This document shows positions 39,718-50,824 of a stretch of 64,000 nucleotides of DNA, piece after piece. Made by a program: the position numbers and the translations under genes. Each line of letters opens with the position of its first letter. Positions within the stretch are counted from its first letter, which is position 1. The notes beneath the pieces were generated by a model, which saw only the letters and a list, made by a program, of their open reading frames with translations, ran no database searches and was not told the DNA's origin. Source of the stretch: an uncultured Candidatus Binatia bacterium (GTDB lineage: Bacteria > Desulfobacterota > Binatia > UBA9968 > JAJDTQ01); NCBI GenBank assembly GCA_964291295.2, contig OZ219754.1, positions 128,001-192,000 on the forward strand, read 5' to 3'.

Positions 39718-41973
39718 TCAGGACGCCTCGCTGGCGCGGACAGCCAGCGGCTCCGCCACCGGGAACTCCATGATGAAGCGGGTGCCGTGGGGCTGATTCG
39801 GACGCACGCGAACGTAGCCCCGGTGGTCGGCCACGATGGTCCCGACGATGGACAGGCCGAGTCCGGTGCCGTCTTTCTTGGTGGAGTAGTAGGGTTCGAA
39901 GACCCGGCCCCGGTTTTCCCGGGCGATGCCTTCCCCTTCGTCCGCCACCTCCAGGCGGACCATGCCGAAGGTCTCGTCGAACCGGATGGCGATCTCTATG
40001 CGCCCCTTGCCGTTGACGGAGGCGACGGCGTTGTCCAGCAGGTTGAACAGGGCGCGCTTGATCTGTTCCCGATCCAGCTCGACGGGTGGAATCGACGACT
40101 GTTCCGAGAAGTCGAAATCCACCTCCCGGTGCCCCTCCTTGAACAGAAACAGCGCTTCCCGGACCACTTCGTTGAGATCCTGCGGTGCGAGTTCCACGGT
40201 GGGCAGCCGCGCAAAGTTCGAAAACTCGTTCACCAGGTTCTTGAGCTCGTCCACCTGCCGGACGATGGTGGAGGTGCACTTGTCGAGTACCGCCCCGTCC
40301 CCGTCCAGGACATTCTCATAACGTTTGCGCAGGCGCTGCGCCGAGAGCTTGATGGGCGTCAGCGGATTCTTGATCTCGTGGGCGATGCGCCGCGCGGCTT
40401 CCCGCCACGCCTCCACGCGCTGGACCTTCTGGATCTCCGTGATATCCTCCATGAAGACCATGATGCCGAGCGTGCGGCCGTCGTCGTCCCGCAGGCTCGC
40501 GGCCACGGTCACCAGCGTCCGGTCGCCGTCCGGACCTCCGAGGCGGACACCCCGTTCCACTCCCGCACCGTCCTTCACCCGTTCGATGACTTCCAGCAGG
40601 GGCCGAAGCCCGGGTGTCCGCAACGCTTCCTCGTAGTGCCGGTGAAGCACGTCCGAAGCCCGTACGCCCAGAGTCTGTTCGGCGGCCTTGTTGACGATGG
40701 TCACCACGCCGGACCGGTCCACCGAGATGACCCCGGCCGTGATGTTGGCCAGCAGCGTCTCCATGTACCGCCGCCGCTGCTCCAATTCGGAGTTGGTACG
40801 CTTGAGATCCGCGGTCATCTGGTTGAAGGATGCCACCAGCGTGCTGATCTCGTCGCCGCCGCTGGCGTCGATGCGATAGTCCAGGTTGCCGTGCGAGACT
40901 TCGTGGGTCCCCTCCGCCAACTGCTGGATGGGCACGGTGATACCCTTGGCCAGGGCAAGCCCGAACCACGTCGCCGCAAAGATCATGACCAGCGTGATCA
41001 GCAGCAGAGTCAGCATGTAGGTCTGCTTCACCGGCTCCTTGAGAAGGGCCAGATGCTTGTGCTCCTCGTACGACCGGGATATCTGCTGCGCCTGCTTGCG
41101 GATGCTCTTGGGCACGAAATAGTCCACTACCACCGCGCCGATGATCCTGCGGCCGTCGCCGTGGACCGGCACCGCCCCCCGCAGCACGTCCCCCTCGCCC
41201 AGCGGCTGGGTCCGGGTCACCTCCAGTCCCCGCAGGGCGCTGTTCAGGAAATCCGCCTGCGGGCGGACCGTGACTCCGGTGGGCACCTGGTCGTTGAAGG
41301 CCTTCACCAGCGCGGCGCCGTCGGGCTTGTAGATCTCCACCGTGCCGAGATTGTATTCCCGCTGCTTGTCCTCCACCAGGCGCTTCAGGCCGTCGGACTT
41401 CTTCGGGTCGAACAGATCCTCGTCGCCGATGCGCTGGCTGAGCTGCCGGGCGAAGAAGAGCGCGTTGTCGGCGGAGTTCTGATAGTAGGTCCGGCTGATG
41501 TCGAGGGAGCCCTTGAGCGCGTTCACGACCTGCGAGTCGAACCACTTGTCGACGGAGCGCGTCACCAGGCTCTCGGCGATCAGGAACAGCATCACGGTGG
41601 GCACCAGCGAGATGCCGATGAAAGCCATCACCAGCCGGCTCTGAAGACGCGAGCCGAGGATGCGCCGGTGGCGGTCCAGCACCAGCTTCAGCAGGTTCCG
41701 CGACACCAGGAAGACCAGCAGCACCAGCAGAATGATGTTGATGTTGACCAGCAGGAAGAACGCGACGTTGCCGGTGAAGGCGTAGTCCGCCGAGACGTCG
41801 GGCAGAAGCTCCTCGAAGAACGCGAACAGCAGGATCATCAGGGCGGCGATGAGAATCACCCACCCTTCGCGCTTGCGCCGCTTCCGTTCCTGGGAGCGCA
41901 GCGTCTCCGCCCGCTCGTCGTTGCGCTTGACTGCGTTCGTCGGAGTGGACAAGACGGCATCCCCCCGCAACAC
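39718..41973 (-). CDS. ntrY: NtrY-like membrane sensor histidine kinase (HAMP-PAS-HisKA-HATPase)
   Basis: Three N-terminal TMs, RSVDKWF, HAMP, AWREAARRIAHEIKNPLTPI, NLLDNA and GTGLGL. Confidence 0.9.
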   Translation of the reverse strand: MLRGDAVLSTPTNAVKRNDERAETLRSQERKRRKREGWVILIAALMILLFAFFEELLPDVSADYAFTGNVAFFLLVNINIILLVLLVFLVSRNLLKLVLDRHRRILGSRLQSRLVMAFIGISLVPTVMLFLIAESLVTRSVDKWFDSQVVNALKGSLDISRTYYQNSADNALFFARQLSQRIGDEDLFDPKKSDGLKRLVEDKQREYNLGTVEIYKPDGAALVKAFNDQVPTGVTVRPQADFLNSALRGLEVTRTQPLGEGDVLRGAVPVHGDGRRIIGAVVVDYFVPKSIRKQAQQISRSYEEHKHLALLKEPVKQTYMLTLLLITLVMIFAATWFGLALAKGITVPIQQLAEGTHEVSHGNLDYRIDASGGDEISTLVASFNQMTADLKRTNSELEQRRRYMETLLANITAGVISVDRSGVVTIVNKAAEQTLGVRASDVLHRHYEEALRTPGLRPLLEVIERVKDGAGVERGVRLGGPDGDRTLVTVAASLRDDDGRTLGIMVFMEDITEIQKVQRVEAWREAARRIAHEIKNPLTPIKLSAQRLRKRYENVLDGDGAVLDKCTSTIVRQVDELKNLVNEFSNFARLPTVELAPQDLNEVVREALFLFKEGHREVDFDFSEQSSIPPVELDREQIKRALFNLLDNAVASVNGKGRIEIAIRFDETFGMVRLEVADEGEGIARENRGRVFEPYYSTKKDGTGLGLSIVGTIVADHRGYVRVRPNQPHGTRFIMEFPVAEPLAVRASEAS

Positions 41974-42047
41974 GTTCTATCGCTTCCACCGGTGAATCAC
42001 AAAGGCAATGAGACCCCTCGCCGGGTGAGGCCGCCGGATCTCGGCGC

Positions 42048-43085
42048 TTACAACAACCGTTTCTGCCGCTTCTCCCGCTCCATGCGCGTGGCGGACTGGG
42101 AGCGTCCCAGGTGTCGATAGGCCACGGGCGTGGCGACGCGGCCCTGCGGCCGGCGTTCGAGAAAGCCGGCCTGGATGAGGTACGGCTCGTAAGCGTCCTC
42201 CACGGTGCCTCGCTCCTCGCCGATGGCGGCCGCCAAGGTATCCAGCCCTACCGGCCCGCCGTCGAACTTGTCGATGATGGTGGTGAGGATGAGCGTATCC
42301 ATCTTGTCGCAGCCCTGCTCGTCCACCTCCAGCATTTCGAGAGCCCGGCACGCCACCGGACGGGTGATCCGGCCCTCGCCGTGGACCTCGGCATAGTCCC
42401 GAACCCGCCGCAGCAGGCGGTTGGCGATGCGCGGGGTTCCGCGGGAGCGGCGCGCGATCTCCATGAAACCCGTTTCTTCGCCGCCCACGCCCAGCAGCGA
42501 CGCGGACCGGGCCAGCAGCCGCACCAGCACCTCCGGCTCGTAGAAGTCGAGCCGGAACACGGCGCCGAACCGGTTGCGCAACGCCGGGGTCAGCAGGCCG
42601 GAACGGGTGGTGGCACCAATGAGCGTGAACCGCTTGACATCGAGCTTGATGGACTTGGCGCCGGGACCCTGCCCGATCATCACGTCCACCTGAAAGTCCT
42701 CCATGGCCGGGTACAGCACCTCCTCCACCACATGGTTGAGGCGGTGGATCTCGTCAATGAAGAGCACGTCTCCGGGGTCGAGATTGGTGAGCAGTGCGGC
42801 CAGATCGCCGGGGCGCTCGATGACCGGCCCGGAGGTGGGACGAATGTCCACGTCCATCTCCCGGGAGATGAGATGCGCCAGGGAGGTCTTGCCCAGACCC
42901 GGAGGGCCGTGGAACAGCAGATGGTCCAGCACGTCGCCGCGGCGTCGGGCCGCGGTGATGGCCACCTCCAGATTGGCCTTGACCCTGTCCTGTCCGAAGT
43001 ATTCGCTGAACCGCCGGGGCCGGAGGCTGGAGTCGTAGAGGACATCCTCCTCGGTGCCCGCGGGCGTTATGGTCCTGTCTTCCAT
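42048..43085 (-). CDS. ruvB: Holliday junction helicase RuvB
   Basis: [15 protein letters not shown] and [16 protein letters not shown]. Confidence 0.97.
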   Translation of the reverse strand: MEDRTITPAGTEEDVLYDSSLRPRRFSEYFGQDRVKANLEVAITAARRRGDVLDHLLFHGPPGLGKTSLAHLISREMDVDIRPTSGPVIERPGDLAALLTNLDPGDVLFIDEIHRLNHVVEEVLYPAMEDFQVDVMIGQGPGAKSIKLDVKRFTLIGATTRSGLLTPALRNRFGAVFRLDFYEPEVLVRLLARSASLLGVGGEETGFMEIARRSRGTPRIANRLLRRVRDYAEVHGEGRITRPVACRALEMLEVDEQGCDKMDTLILTTIIDKFDGGPVGLDTLAAAIGEERGTVEDAYEPYLIQAGFLERRPQGRVATPVAYRHLGRSQSATRMEREKRQKRLL

Positions 43086-43098
43086 GAACCCGGTATGC

Positions 43099-43686
43099 CT
43101 AGCCGCTCAGCAGGCGCAAGGCGCCCTTGAGCACGGTCTCCAACTCGGCGGCGCCCTCCGCCAACACCTCGCGCACCGCCCGTTCCGCCTCCTGGCGGCG
43201 GTAGCCGAGATTCACCAGCGCCGACAACGCGTCGCCGCGCACCCCGGAACCGACCGCCACCGCCGGAGCGGTTTCCGCAGCCGTGTCGATCCGGTCGCGC
43301 AACTCCACGATCATGCGGTCGGCCAAGCGCCTGCCCACCCCGGGAATCGACACCAGCCGGGCGACGTCGCCCTGCCTCAGGGCGGCCAGCACTTCCCCGG
43401 CCGCCATGCCCGACAGGATGTTGAGCGCCAGCCGGGGGCCGATGCCCGACACCCCGATGAGCAGCGTGAAGGCCTGCTTCTCCGCAGGGTCGAAGAAGCC
43501 GAACAGCTGGAGCACGTCTTCCCGGACGTGGGTGTAGGCCAGCAGCGTCACGGGTTCCCCCACCTCGGGCAGCCGGTAGAAGACGCTGAGGGCGGTATGC
43601 AGGTGATAGCCGACGCCGCCGACGTCCACGACGACCTCGCCCGGCGCCTTGTGGTCCAGTGTTCCGCGAACCTTGGCGATCACCAC
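43099..43686 (-). CDS. ruvA: Holliday junction protein RuvA
   Basis: [24 protein letters not shown] and ALVNLGY. Confidence 0.95.
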   Translation of the reverse strand: MVIAKVRGTLDHKAPGEVVVDVGGVGYHLHTALSVFYRLPEVGEPVTLLAYTHVREDVLQLFGFFDPAEKQAFTLLIGVSGIGPRLALNILSGMAAGEVLAALRQGDVARLVSIPGVGRRLADRMIVELRDRIDTAAETAPAVAVGSGVRGDALSALVNLGYRRQEAERAVREVLAEGAAELETVLKGALRLLSG

Positions 43687-43739
43687 GGGCCTCCCCCCGA
43701 CCCGGTGGCCGGAGCGGGCCGCTCGACGACCGGCATCCG

Positions 43740-44310
43740 TCAGCCCTTGCCGGCGGGAAGAGCATCGGCCTGCCAATGCAGCCCCCTCCCCCGCCGACCC
43801 GTTCCAGCCATGGCGCGGTACCCGTACAGGTGGCCGTGGCAGATGGCGGCCGCCAGGGCGTCCGAAGCATCCTCCTCGGGCTCGTCCGGCAACCCCAGGA
43901 TGGCCGTCACCATCTGCTGCATCTGACCCTTGCCCGCGTGCCCGTAACCGGTCAACGCCTTCTTGACCTGGACGGCGTTGTACTCCGAGACGGCGATGTC
44001 GCATGCCGCCGCGGCCACAAGAGCCACCCCGCGAACCTGCCCGAGCTTGAGCGCGCTCTGGACGTTGCGCGCCAGAAAGACCTTCTCAAGACTGACGTGT
44101 TCGGGCTCGTGCTCTTGTATGACCTTGGCCAGTTCCGTGAATATCCGGTGGAGGCGCCGGTCCTGGGATTGGCGGGTGGCGGTGCGCACGGTGCCGTGGG
44201 CGACATGTTGCAAGCGGACGCCGTCCGCCCGGATCACGCCCCAGCCGGTCTTGAGGGTTCCGGGGTCTATGCCCAGAATGGTTTCGATCTTTCCTTCTCC
44301 GGCGACGTCA
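43740..44310 (-). CDS. ruvC: Crossover junction endodeoxyribonuclease RuvC (start uncertain)
   Basis: ILGIDPG, EKVF, VKKALTGYG.A.K.Q and DASDALAAAICH. Confidence 0.93.
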
Positions 44311-45054
44311 ACCAGCCTGCTCGAGAATGTCGTCCGGGATGTCGAAGTTCGCCGCGACGCTTTGCACATCGTCGTGGTCCTCGAGGTCCTCGGTGAGGCT
44401 GAGGGTCTGCTCGGCCTCCTTCCCGCCCAGCGTCGTGGTGCTCCTGGGAATCCGGGTCACCTCGGCCGACACCACCGGGATTTTCCCGTTCTCCAGACTC
44501 TCCCGGACCGCAGCGAAGTCCTCGGGCCGGGTCACGATCTCGAACACGTCGCCGCTCTCGGTGACGTCCTCGGCGCCGGCCTCCAGGGCGAGCCCCAGGA
44601 GCGCCTCTTCCTCCGCAGCCTCCCGGGACACGACAAACAGGCCCTTGCTGTCGAACATCCAGGCCACGCAGCCCGTCTCTCCCAGGTTGCCGCCGTGCTT
44701 GTGGAACAGCCGCCGGATGTCCGACACCGTGCGGTTCCGGTTGTCGGTCAGAACCTGCACCATGAAGGCCACACCGCCGGGACCGTAGCCCTCGTAGCTG
44801 ACCTCTTCGTAGGAGACGCCCTCAAGCTCGCCGGTGCCCTTCTTGATGGCGCGCTCGATGTTGTCGTTGGGCATGCTGTTGTCACGGGCCGTCTGGACGG
44901 CGGTGCGCAGGCGCGGATTGGCCGCGAGATCTCCTCCCCCCATGCGGGCGGCCACGGTGATCTCCTTGATGAACTTGCTGAAGAGCTTGCCGCGCCGAGC
45001 GTCCTTGACAGCCTTCTTGTGCTTGATGGAACTCCATTTCGAATGTCCGGACAT
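44308..45054 (-). CDS. YebC/PmpR family protein
   Basis: [22 protein letters not shown] and TDNRNRT. Confidence 0.96.
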   Translation of the reverse strand: MSGHSKWSSIKHKKAVKDARRGKLFSKFIKEITVAARMGGGDLAANPRLRTAVQTARDNSMPNDNIERAIKKGTGELEGVSYEEVSYEGYGPGGVAFMVQVLTDNRNRTVSDIRRLFHKHGGNLGETGCVAWMFDSKGLFVVSREAAEEEALLGLALEAGAEDVTESGDVFEIVTRPEDFAAVRESLENGKIPVVSAEVTRIPRSTTTLGGKEAEQTLSLTEDLEDHDDVQSVAANFDIPDDILEQAG

Positions 45055-45669
45055 GACGCGACACGCTCCTCGAACAGGACTGGACCCATGGCCGGCGGGA
45101 CCGCCGAAAAACGGGACCGACCGGCGGGACCGCCGGCAAAACGGCCGCCCCGACTCGGTTCCCCGGCAATTCGGCTCCCGGAACCCGGGATCCTTGCACC
45201 TGGCTCATCGGCGCACACGGGAAAAATACCACAATTCGCGCCGCCCCGTAAACGAAACCGTCCGGCAGCCCGGGCTGAAGACGCGTATGGCGGCGTCGGG
45301 ATCACGATGACGACCGGGACAGCCGGCGCGCGCCTGCCCATTCGGATTGACGGCGATGCGGTGATCCCGGCCGTGCGGGGGCCGGAGAAAGCGGCCGGGA
45401 AACGGCGAGAACAGGAGATCAAGTCTCGGTGGAAGTAGTACAGATCAAGGAGAGCCCGGCGTCACATCCCGTACAGGCACGAAGCCGGACAGGCACGAAT
45501 GCCCGACAGACACGGAAACCATCCCGGAGCGGTTCGATCAAGGAGGGAGGTCAACATCGTCGAGGATGCCTTGTGTCAGTCGCTCCGCCGCCGGGCTTCG
45601 CTCCGGGAGACCGGAAACGGGAGGCATGAGCCGCCCGTCCGTCCTCATCAGCCATCGCCAGGTTCACGA

Positions 45670-46794
45670 TCAGAAGAAAAAGTCGAAATCGTCCTCTGTC
45701 AGAATGAAGGGAGCTTCCGCGACAATCTCTATCTTCCAGGTCTTGAAGGTCTCGGTTTTTTCGTCCAAGGCGATGATCGCCGCGTTCGCTCCATGGTACG
45801 TGATATAAAGATCGCCGAATTCGGTGATGTCGTCCTTGTCTATCCTGATCCTGTCCCCCGATCCCCAATCCTTGATCGTGTCAAACCCGCTGTCCTCGGC
45901 GAATATGAAAATATCGTTATCGCTCTCGCCGGACATGACGGAGCCGGTCCGGGGGCCGCCGTAAAGGGTGTCGTCGCCCTCGCCGCCTATGATGAAATCA
46001 TCACCATGCCCGCCCCATATCGTATCGTTGCCGACCCCGCCGTGCAGCTCGTCGACGCCCGCACCGCCGTCCATCTCGTCGTCGCCGTTCTGGCCATACA
46101 GGTAGTCGGTGCCATCATCACCGTACATCTCGTCGTCGCCCTCGCCGCCGTACAGGTTGTCACCGCCCGCGCCGCCACGCATCTCGTCGACGCCCTTGCC
46201 GCCCTCCATGATGTCGTCGCCCTCGTTCCCCTCCATCTCGTCGTCGCCCTCGCCGCCGTCCATCTCGTCTTTGTCCGCGCCACCATACATCTTGTCCTTG
46301 CCCTTGCCGCCCTCCATGGTGTCGTCGCCCTCGTTCCCCTCCATCTTGTCGTCGCCCTCGCCACCGTCCATCTCGTCGTCGCCCGCACCACCATACATCT
46401 TGTCCTTGCCCTTGCCGCCCTCCATGATGTCGTCGCCCTCGTTCCCCTCCATCTTGTCGTTGCCGTCATTGCCGTAGACGTGGTCGACGCCCTTGCCGCC
46501 GTAGACCTCGTCGTCTCCCGCGCCGCCATAGACGTGGTCTTTGCCCTCGTCGCCGTAGACCTTGTCGTTGCCATCGTCGCCGTAGACGTGATCGTCGCCC
46601 TCGTCGCCGGATACGGAATCGTCACCCTCATCACCATAAAGGTAATCGCCGTGTCCACCGCCCCGGATTACGTCATTGCCGGCACGACCATATATTATGT
46701 TTCCTCGTTGAGGATCTCCGATCAGGTCGTCGCCTCGGTCGTCGGATCCGGTGAAATCGTCGCCGGGGGTTCCTGACAAGCGCTTGTATGTCAT
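45670..46794 (-). CDS. RTX Ca-binding repeat protein (Met-rich nonapeptides)
   Basis: More than 25 GGxGxDxMx/GxxGxDxVx repeats including ~108-bp internal duplications; ends in DFDFFF; GGAGG RBS. Confidence 0.85.
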   Translation of the reverse strand: MTYKRLSGTPGDDFTGSDDRGDDLIGDPQRGNIIYGRAGNDVIRGGGHGDYLYGDEGDDSVSGDEGDDHVYGDDGNDKVYGDEGKDHVYGGAGDDEVYGGKGVDHVYGNDGNDKMEGNEGDDIMEGGKGKDKMYGGAGDDEMDGGEGDDKMEGNEGDDTMEGGKGKDKMYGGADKDEMDGGEGDDEMEGNEGDDIMEGGKGVDEMRGGAGGDNLYGGEGDDEMYGDDGTDYLYGQNGDDEMDGGAGVDELHGGVGNDTIWGGHGDDFIIGGEGDDTLYGGPRTGSVMSGESDNDIFIFAEDSGFDTIKDWGSGDRIRIDKDDITEFGDLYITYHGANAAIIALDEKTETFKTWKIEIVAEAPFILTEDDFDFFF

Positions 46795-46857
46795 CCTTGC
46801 CTCCGTTCGTGTGGAAGGTTGAGCAGAAGTCTTTTGATTCCGGGTGAAACTCGCGCC

Positions 46858-47843
46858 TCACCCGATGAATTCGAAGTCGGATTCGGTAAAGTCGGATGCG
46901 GTAAAGGGGGATCCCGTTCCCACGACCACGGGCGAGTAAAGCGTGACGCTCCAGTCATCCCCGGGCCCGGTGATCACCACCCATGAGTGCACCCAGACAT
47001 CCCCGCCATCCTTGATGGTCAGATCCGAGAACTGGATGCCGCCCTCGAACACCAGCTTGTCCTTGTTGTCCTCGAAGAAATCTATCCTGTCATGACCGCT
47101 TTCGTTGTCGAACACGAAGCGGTCCTCACCCTCGCCGCCCCGCATCCAGTCGTCGCCCTTGCCGCCGTACAGAACATCGTCGCCCTCTTGGCCGAACAGT
47201 GTGTCGCCGCCGTCGCCACCGTACATGGTATCGTCGCCCTCATGGCCCCATAAAAAGTCGACGCCGCTGCCGCCGTACAGGGTATCGTCGCCCTCACCGC
47301 CACTCAAATTGTCGTGGCCGCCGCCGTACAGAATGTCGTCGCCGTCGCTGCCGCTCATCCTGTCGTCGCCGCTGCCGCCGTACAGGGTATCGTCGCCCTC
47401 ACCGCCCGTCAAAAAGTCGCGGCCCCCGGCCCCGTACAGGGTATCGTCCCTGCGCCGCCGCTCATACTGTCGTCGCCGGGGCCGCCGTACAGAATGTCGT
47501 CGCCGTCGCTGCCGGACATACTGTCGTCGCCGGGGCCGCCTTTCAGAATGTCGTCGCCGTCGGCGCCGTACATAGTGTCGTCGCCGGGGCCGCCTTTCAT
47601 CCGGTCGTCGCCGCCGCCGCCGTTCAGCCTGTCGTCGCCCTCACCCCCTTTCAGAATGTCGTTGCCGTCGGCGCCGTACAGGTTGTCGTCGCCCTTGCCG
47701 CCGAACATCGTTTCTTCGCCACGTCCACCACTCCAATGATCATCATGATCGGTGCCCGTGAACGTGTAGCGGAAATTCTTGTCCGCCCACCAAGCGGTGC
47801 CGTCCTCTCCCAGCAACCTCATGAGCTTGTACCGGACTTTCAC
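46858..47843 (-). pseudogene. RTX Ca-binding repeat protein, frameshifted near 47447
   Basis: Repeats in ORF 47409-48434 stop matching at SMSGGA and resume in the 46858-47412 frame; GTG start at 47843 with a purine-rich RBS. Confidence 0.75.
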
Positions 47844-48277
47844 GATAGTTCCCCCTTTCTCCGTGTTGCCGCCGAACGCTCCCTCGGAACCCGGAGCGAA
47901 GTCAGCGGAAAAGCCTTCGGAACCCTTCCCTTGCTGCGCGTCCCCTTCCCAACTATTGGATACCGTTGTCAAGAGGCAGGAATATCTTTTTTCGCGGTCG
48001 GCGGCGGGCGGCCGCAGCGGAGTAACCGTTCTTGAAGTTGGCGACGCTTGTTGATGGCGCCTTCCCGGAACCGGCGCCGGTACATCGACAACGACATCCG
48101 CTCCCGAATGGACCTCCGGACTTGCCTGAGCCGCCCCTCGCCGGACAAATTCTGAGCCTTGGTCCGGCCGCCCGGCGTCGACCGCACCCCTCCTCTCCGC
48201 CGCCGGCCGGGGCGGCCGGCGGATCCGAGGCCCCGGGCCGCGCACCGCGGCCGGCATTGCGTTATACTCAGATACCG

Positions 48278-48994
48278 ATGGTTCCCGCATCTCCCCGGCG
48301 ACAGACCGCCGACTCCCTGGTCCGGGTCGCGGCCGTCCTGCTGCTCTGCGCCTGCGCCCCCTCAAGGCCGACGGTGCCGCCCCCTGGCGTGACGGCTCCT
48401 TCCGCCGCGCCGCTCTCGCAACAAGGGGTCGCATCCTGGTACGGCCCCGGGTTCCACGGGAAGAAGACCACCAGCGGCGTGACCTACGACCAGTACGCCA
48501 TGACCGCGGCGCACCCGACCCTGCCGCTGGGCTCCCGCGTCGCGGTCACCAACCTCACCAACGGCAAGACGGTTACCCTGCGGATCAACGACCGAGGACC
48601 TTTTGTCAAGGGCAGGATCATCGATCTTTCGTACGCCGCGGCCCGGGCGGTGGACATGATCGGGCCGGGAACAGCGCCGGTGCGCGTGGAAGTCCTGGAC
48701 ACCGCCGGACAGCGGCTCGACGCCATCCCCGACCGCCTCGACTACACCTTGCAGGTGGGAGCGTTCTCGGACCTGGACAAGGCCCGCGCGTTGAAGACCC
48801 GGCTCGAGAGCCACTGCCACCGGCCCGTGGTCATCGAGCCCCACGAAGGCTACTACCGGGTCCGGGTCGGGATCTTCACCGGCGCCGCCGAAGCCCGGCG
48901 GTACGGCGCGCGCCTGTCCCGGGAAGGGCTGCCCGCGGTGCTGGTGGAGAAGTGGCCGCCGGTGACGGATGAACCGCGTCAGCCAGGGAAGTAG
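48278..48994 (+). CDS. rlpA: Septal ring lytic transglycosylase RlpA family lipoprotein (DPBB + SPOR)
   Basis: GVASWYG, MTAAHPTLP, RINDRGPF, RIIDLS and the LQVGAF SPOR domain. Confidence 0.92.
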   Translation: MVPASPRRQTADSLVRVAAVLLLCACAPSRPTVPPPGVTAPSAAPLSQQGVASWYGPGFHGKKTTSGVTYDQYAMTAAHPTLPLGSRVAVTNLTNGKTVTLRINDRGPFVKGRIIDLSYAAARAVDMIGPGTAPVRVEVLDTAGQRLDAIPDRLDYTLQVGAFSDLDKARALKTRLESHCHRPVVIEPHEGYYRVRVGIFTGAAEARRYGARLSREGLPAVLVEKWPPVTDEPRQPGK

Positions 48995-49788
48995 CGGTCG
49001 CCGTCCCGATACACCCGGTCCTCGGCCGTGAGCTTCTGCAGGTGAGCCTCAACGGACGAGCGGGCCACTCGCATCAAGGCCCTCGGGTAGTCCGCGTAGA
49101 TGACGGCCACGAGATCGTCGATGGCATGGCGTCCGTCGCGCAGCCCCTGCAGGATCTGCTCTTCGCGCATGAGGCGGTGATCGATGTACTCCCGGATCCT
49201 GGCCATGGGTTCGGTGACGAACGGACCGTGCCCCGGCAGCAACAGGCGGATGTCCAGGGAGAGGAGCTTTTCCAGGGATTCCATGTAGTGAGCCATGTTT
49301 CCCTCGCCCGCCGGCACCACCGTGGTCCCCTTGCCCAGGATATGGTCCCCGGAGAACAGGATCTTCTTCTCGGGCTCGTAGAAGCAGCAATGCCCCGCCT
49401 CGTGTCCGGGGGTGTATACGACCTCGAGTTCGCCACCGTCATAGGCGATGCGGTCGCCCTCGACATAGGTGAAATCCTCGCCGCCCAGATGGCCCGCGCG
49501 CACCCGCGAAATGCCGACCTGGGCACCGGTCCGCCGCCGGAGCGCCAGGGCGCCGCCGCAGTGATCCACGTGGATATGGGTGAGCAGGATACGGGTGATG
49601 CGCGTCCCGCCCAGCGCCTCCATCTCCGCCAACAGCCCATCGATGTTCTCGTCCGATCCCAGGGCCACGTCGATGACCGTGACGTCCCGGCGGCCCAGCA
49701 GATACTGATTGGTGCCCCGGAGGGTCATGTAGCCGGGGTTGGCTGCGGTGAGGCAACGGAGGCTCCCGGCGTGGTCTACCTTGGGCAT
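48979..49788 (-). CDS. MBL-fold metallo-hydrolase (LACTB2-like)
   Basis: NPGYMTLRGTN, THIHVDH, TPGH, GDHILG and PGHG. Confidence 0.9.
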   Translation of the reverse strand: MPKVDHAGSLRCLTAANPGYMTLRGTNQYLLGRRDVTVIDVALGSDENIDGLLAEMEALGGTRITRILLTHIHVDHCGGALALRRRTGAQVGISRVRAGHLGGEDFTYVEGDRIAYDGGELEVVYTPGHEAGHCCFYEPEKKILFSGDHILGKGTTVVPAGEGNMAHYMESLEKLLSLDIRLLLPGHGPFVTEPMARIREYIDHRLMREEQILQGLRDGRHAIDDLVAVIYADYPRALMRVARSSVEAHLQKLTAEDRVYRDGDRYFPG

Positions 49789-49801
49789 GGAAGGGTGCTC
49801 C

Positions 49802-50704
49802 TCACGCGCGGGAGGTTCTGTCCGCCGCCGGCTCCCGGCCCGCCAGGGTCCGGGCGAGCTCCAGGGTCCGACGCGCCCGCTCGATGATGGGCCGGTCGAT
49901 GAGCTGGCCGCCGAACGCCACCGAACCATCGCCTCGGGCTGCGGCCTCCTCGTAGGCTTCGAGGACCCGGCGGGCGTAGTCGATCTCCTCCGGGCCAGGG
50001 CTGAAGACCGTGTGGATGGGCGCGATCTGGGAGGGATGGATGGAGGCCATGCCGGTGAACCCCAGGCGGCGCGATTGCCGCGCGAAACCCGCCAGTCCGT
50101 CCGGATCCCGCAGATCCACCCAGACCCCGTCCACCGCCTGTACGTGGGCCGAAGCCGCCGCCACCACCAGTGCCGAGCGCGCGTAGAGCAGCTCCTGCGC
50201 CTCCCCCTCCCGGGCGGTGGGCAGCCCCAGCTCCCGGCCGAAATCCTCCGCGCCGAACATCAGTCCGACCACGCGCGGCGAGCAACCGGCAAGGGCCGGA
50301 GCCGCCAGCAACCCCTGGGGGCTCTCGATGGCCACCAGGAGCTTCACGGTGGTGCCGGAGACCGTTTCATGGGCCGTCACCCGCGACTCCACCGCCGCGA
50401 TCTCTTCCGGCGCCTCCACCTTGGGCAACACCAGCCCGTCGAGTCCGGGGCGCAGCACCGCCGCCAGATCATCCTCCATGCGCCGGTGCCCGATGGCGTT
50501 GATGCGCACGTACCGCAACGGCTGCCGTGGCCCCCGTTCCCGGCCCAGGGCCTCGCCGATGAGCTGCCGGGCATGATCCTTCTCCGCCGGCGCCACGCCG
50601 TCCTCGATATCCAGCATGAGAGCGTCGGCGTCCAGCCCCAGGGCCTTGTCGATCATGCGCTGCCGGTGACCCGGCACGAACAGCCAGGAACGTTGCAAGT
50701 CCAT
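49802..50704 (-). CDS. CitE-like CoA-ester lyase (HpcH/HpaI aldolase-citrate lyase family)
   Basis: RSWLFVPG, DIEDGV, VRIN, LPKVE, GAEDF and IHPSQ. Confidence 0.9.
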   Translation of the reverse strand: MDLQRSWLFVPGHRQRMIDKALGLDADALMLDIEDGVAPAEKDHARQLIGEALGRERGPRQPLRYVRINAIGHRRMEDDLAAVLRPGLDGLVLPKVEAPEEIAAVESRVTAHETVSGTTVKLLVAIESPQGLLAAPALAGCSPRVVGLMFGAEDFGRELGLPTAREGEAQELLYARSALVVAAASAHVQAVDGVWVDLRDPDGLAGFARQSRRLGFTGMASIHPSQIAPIHTVFSPGPEEIDYARRVLEAYEEAAARGDGSVAFGGQLIDRPIIERARRTLELARTLAGREPAADRTSRA

Positions 50705-50824
50705 CACGTTCGTCCTGTCGTTGCTTCCGGCAGGTCCGGGTGCGTATCCGGCGGTGCGCATCCGGTGCGCCGGACCTTGCCGCGCGCACCGCGCGACCCT
50801 GCCACGGACCCCGCACGGCTCCCT

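Noticed and set aside
39668-40279. N-terminal 204-aa extension of the REC-LpxC ORF
   Set aside because: It overlaps the kinase gene in another frame; the ATG at 39667 has a GAGGA RBS and starts the receiver domain.
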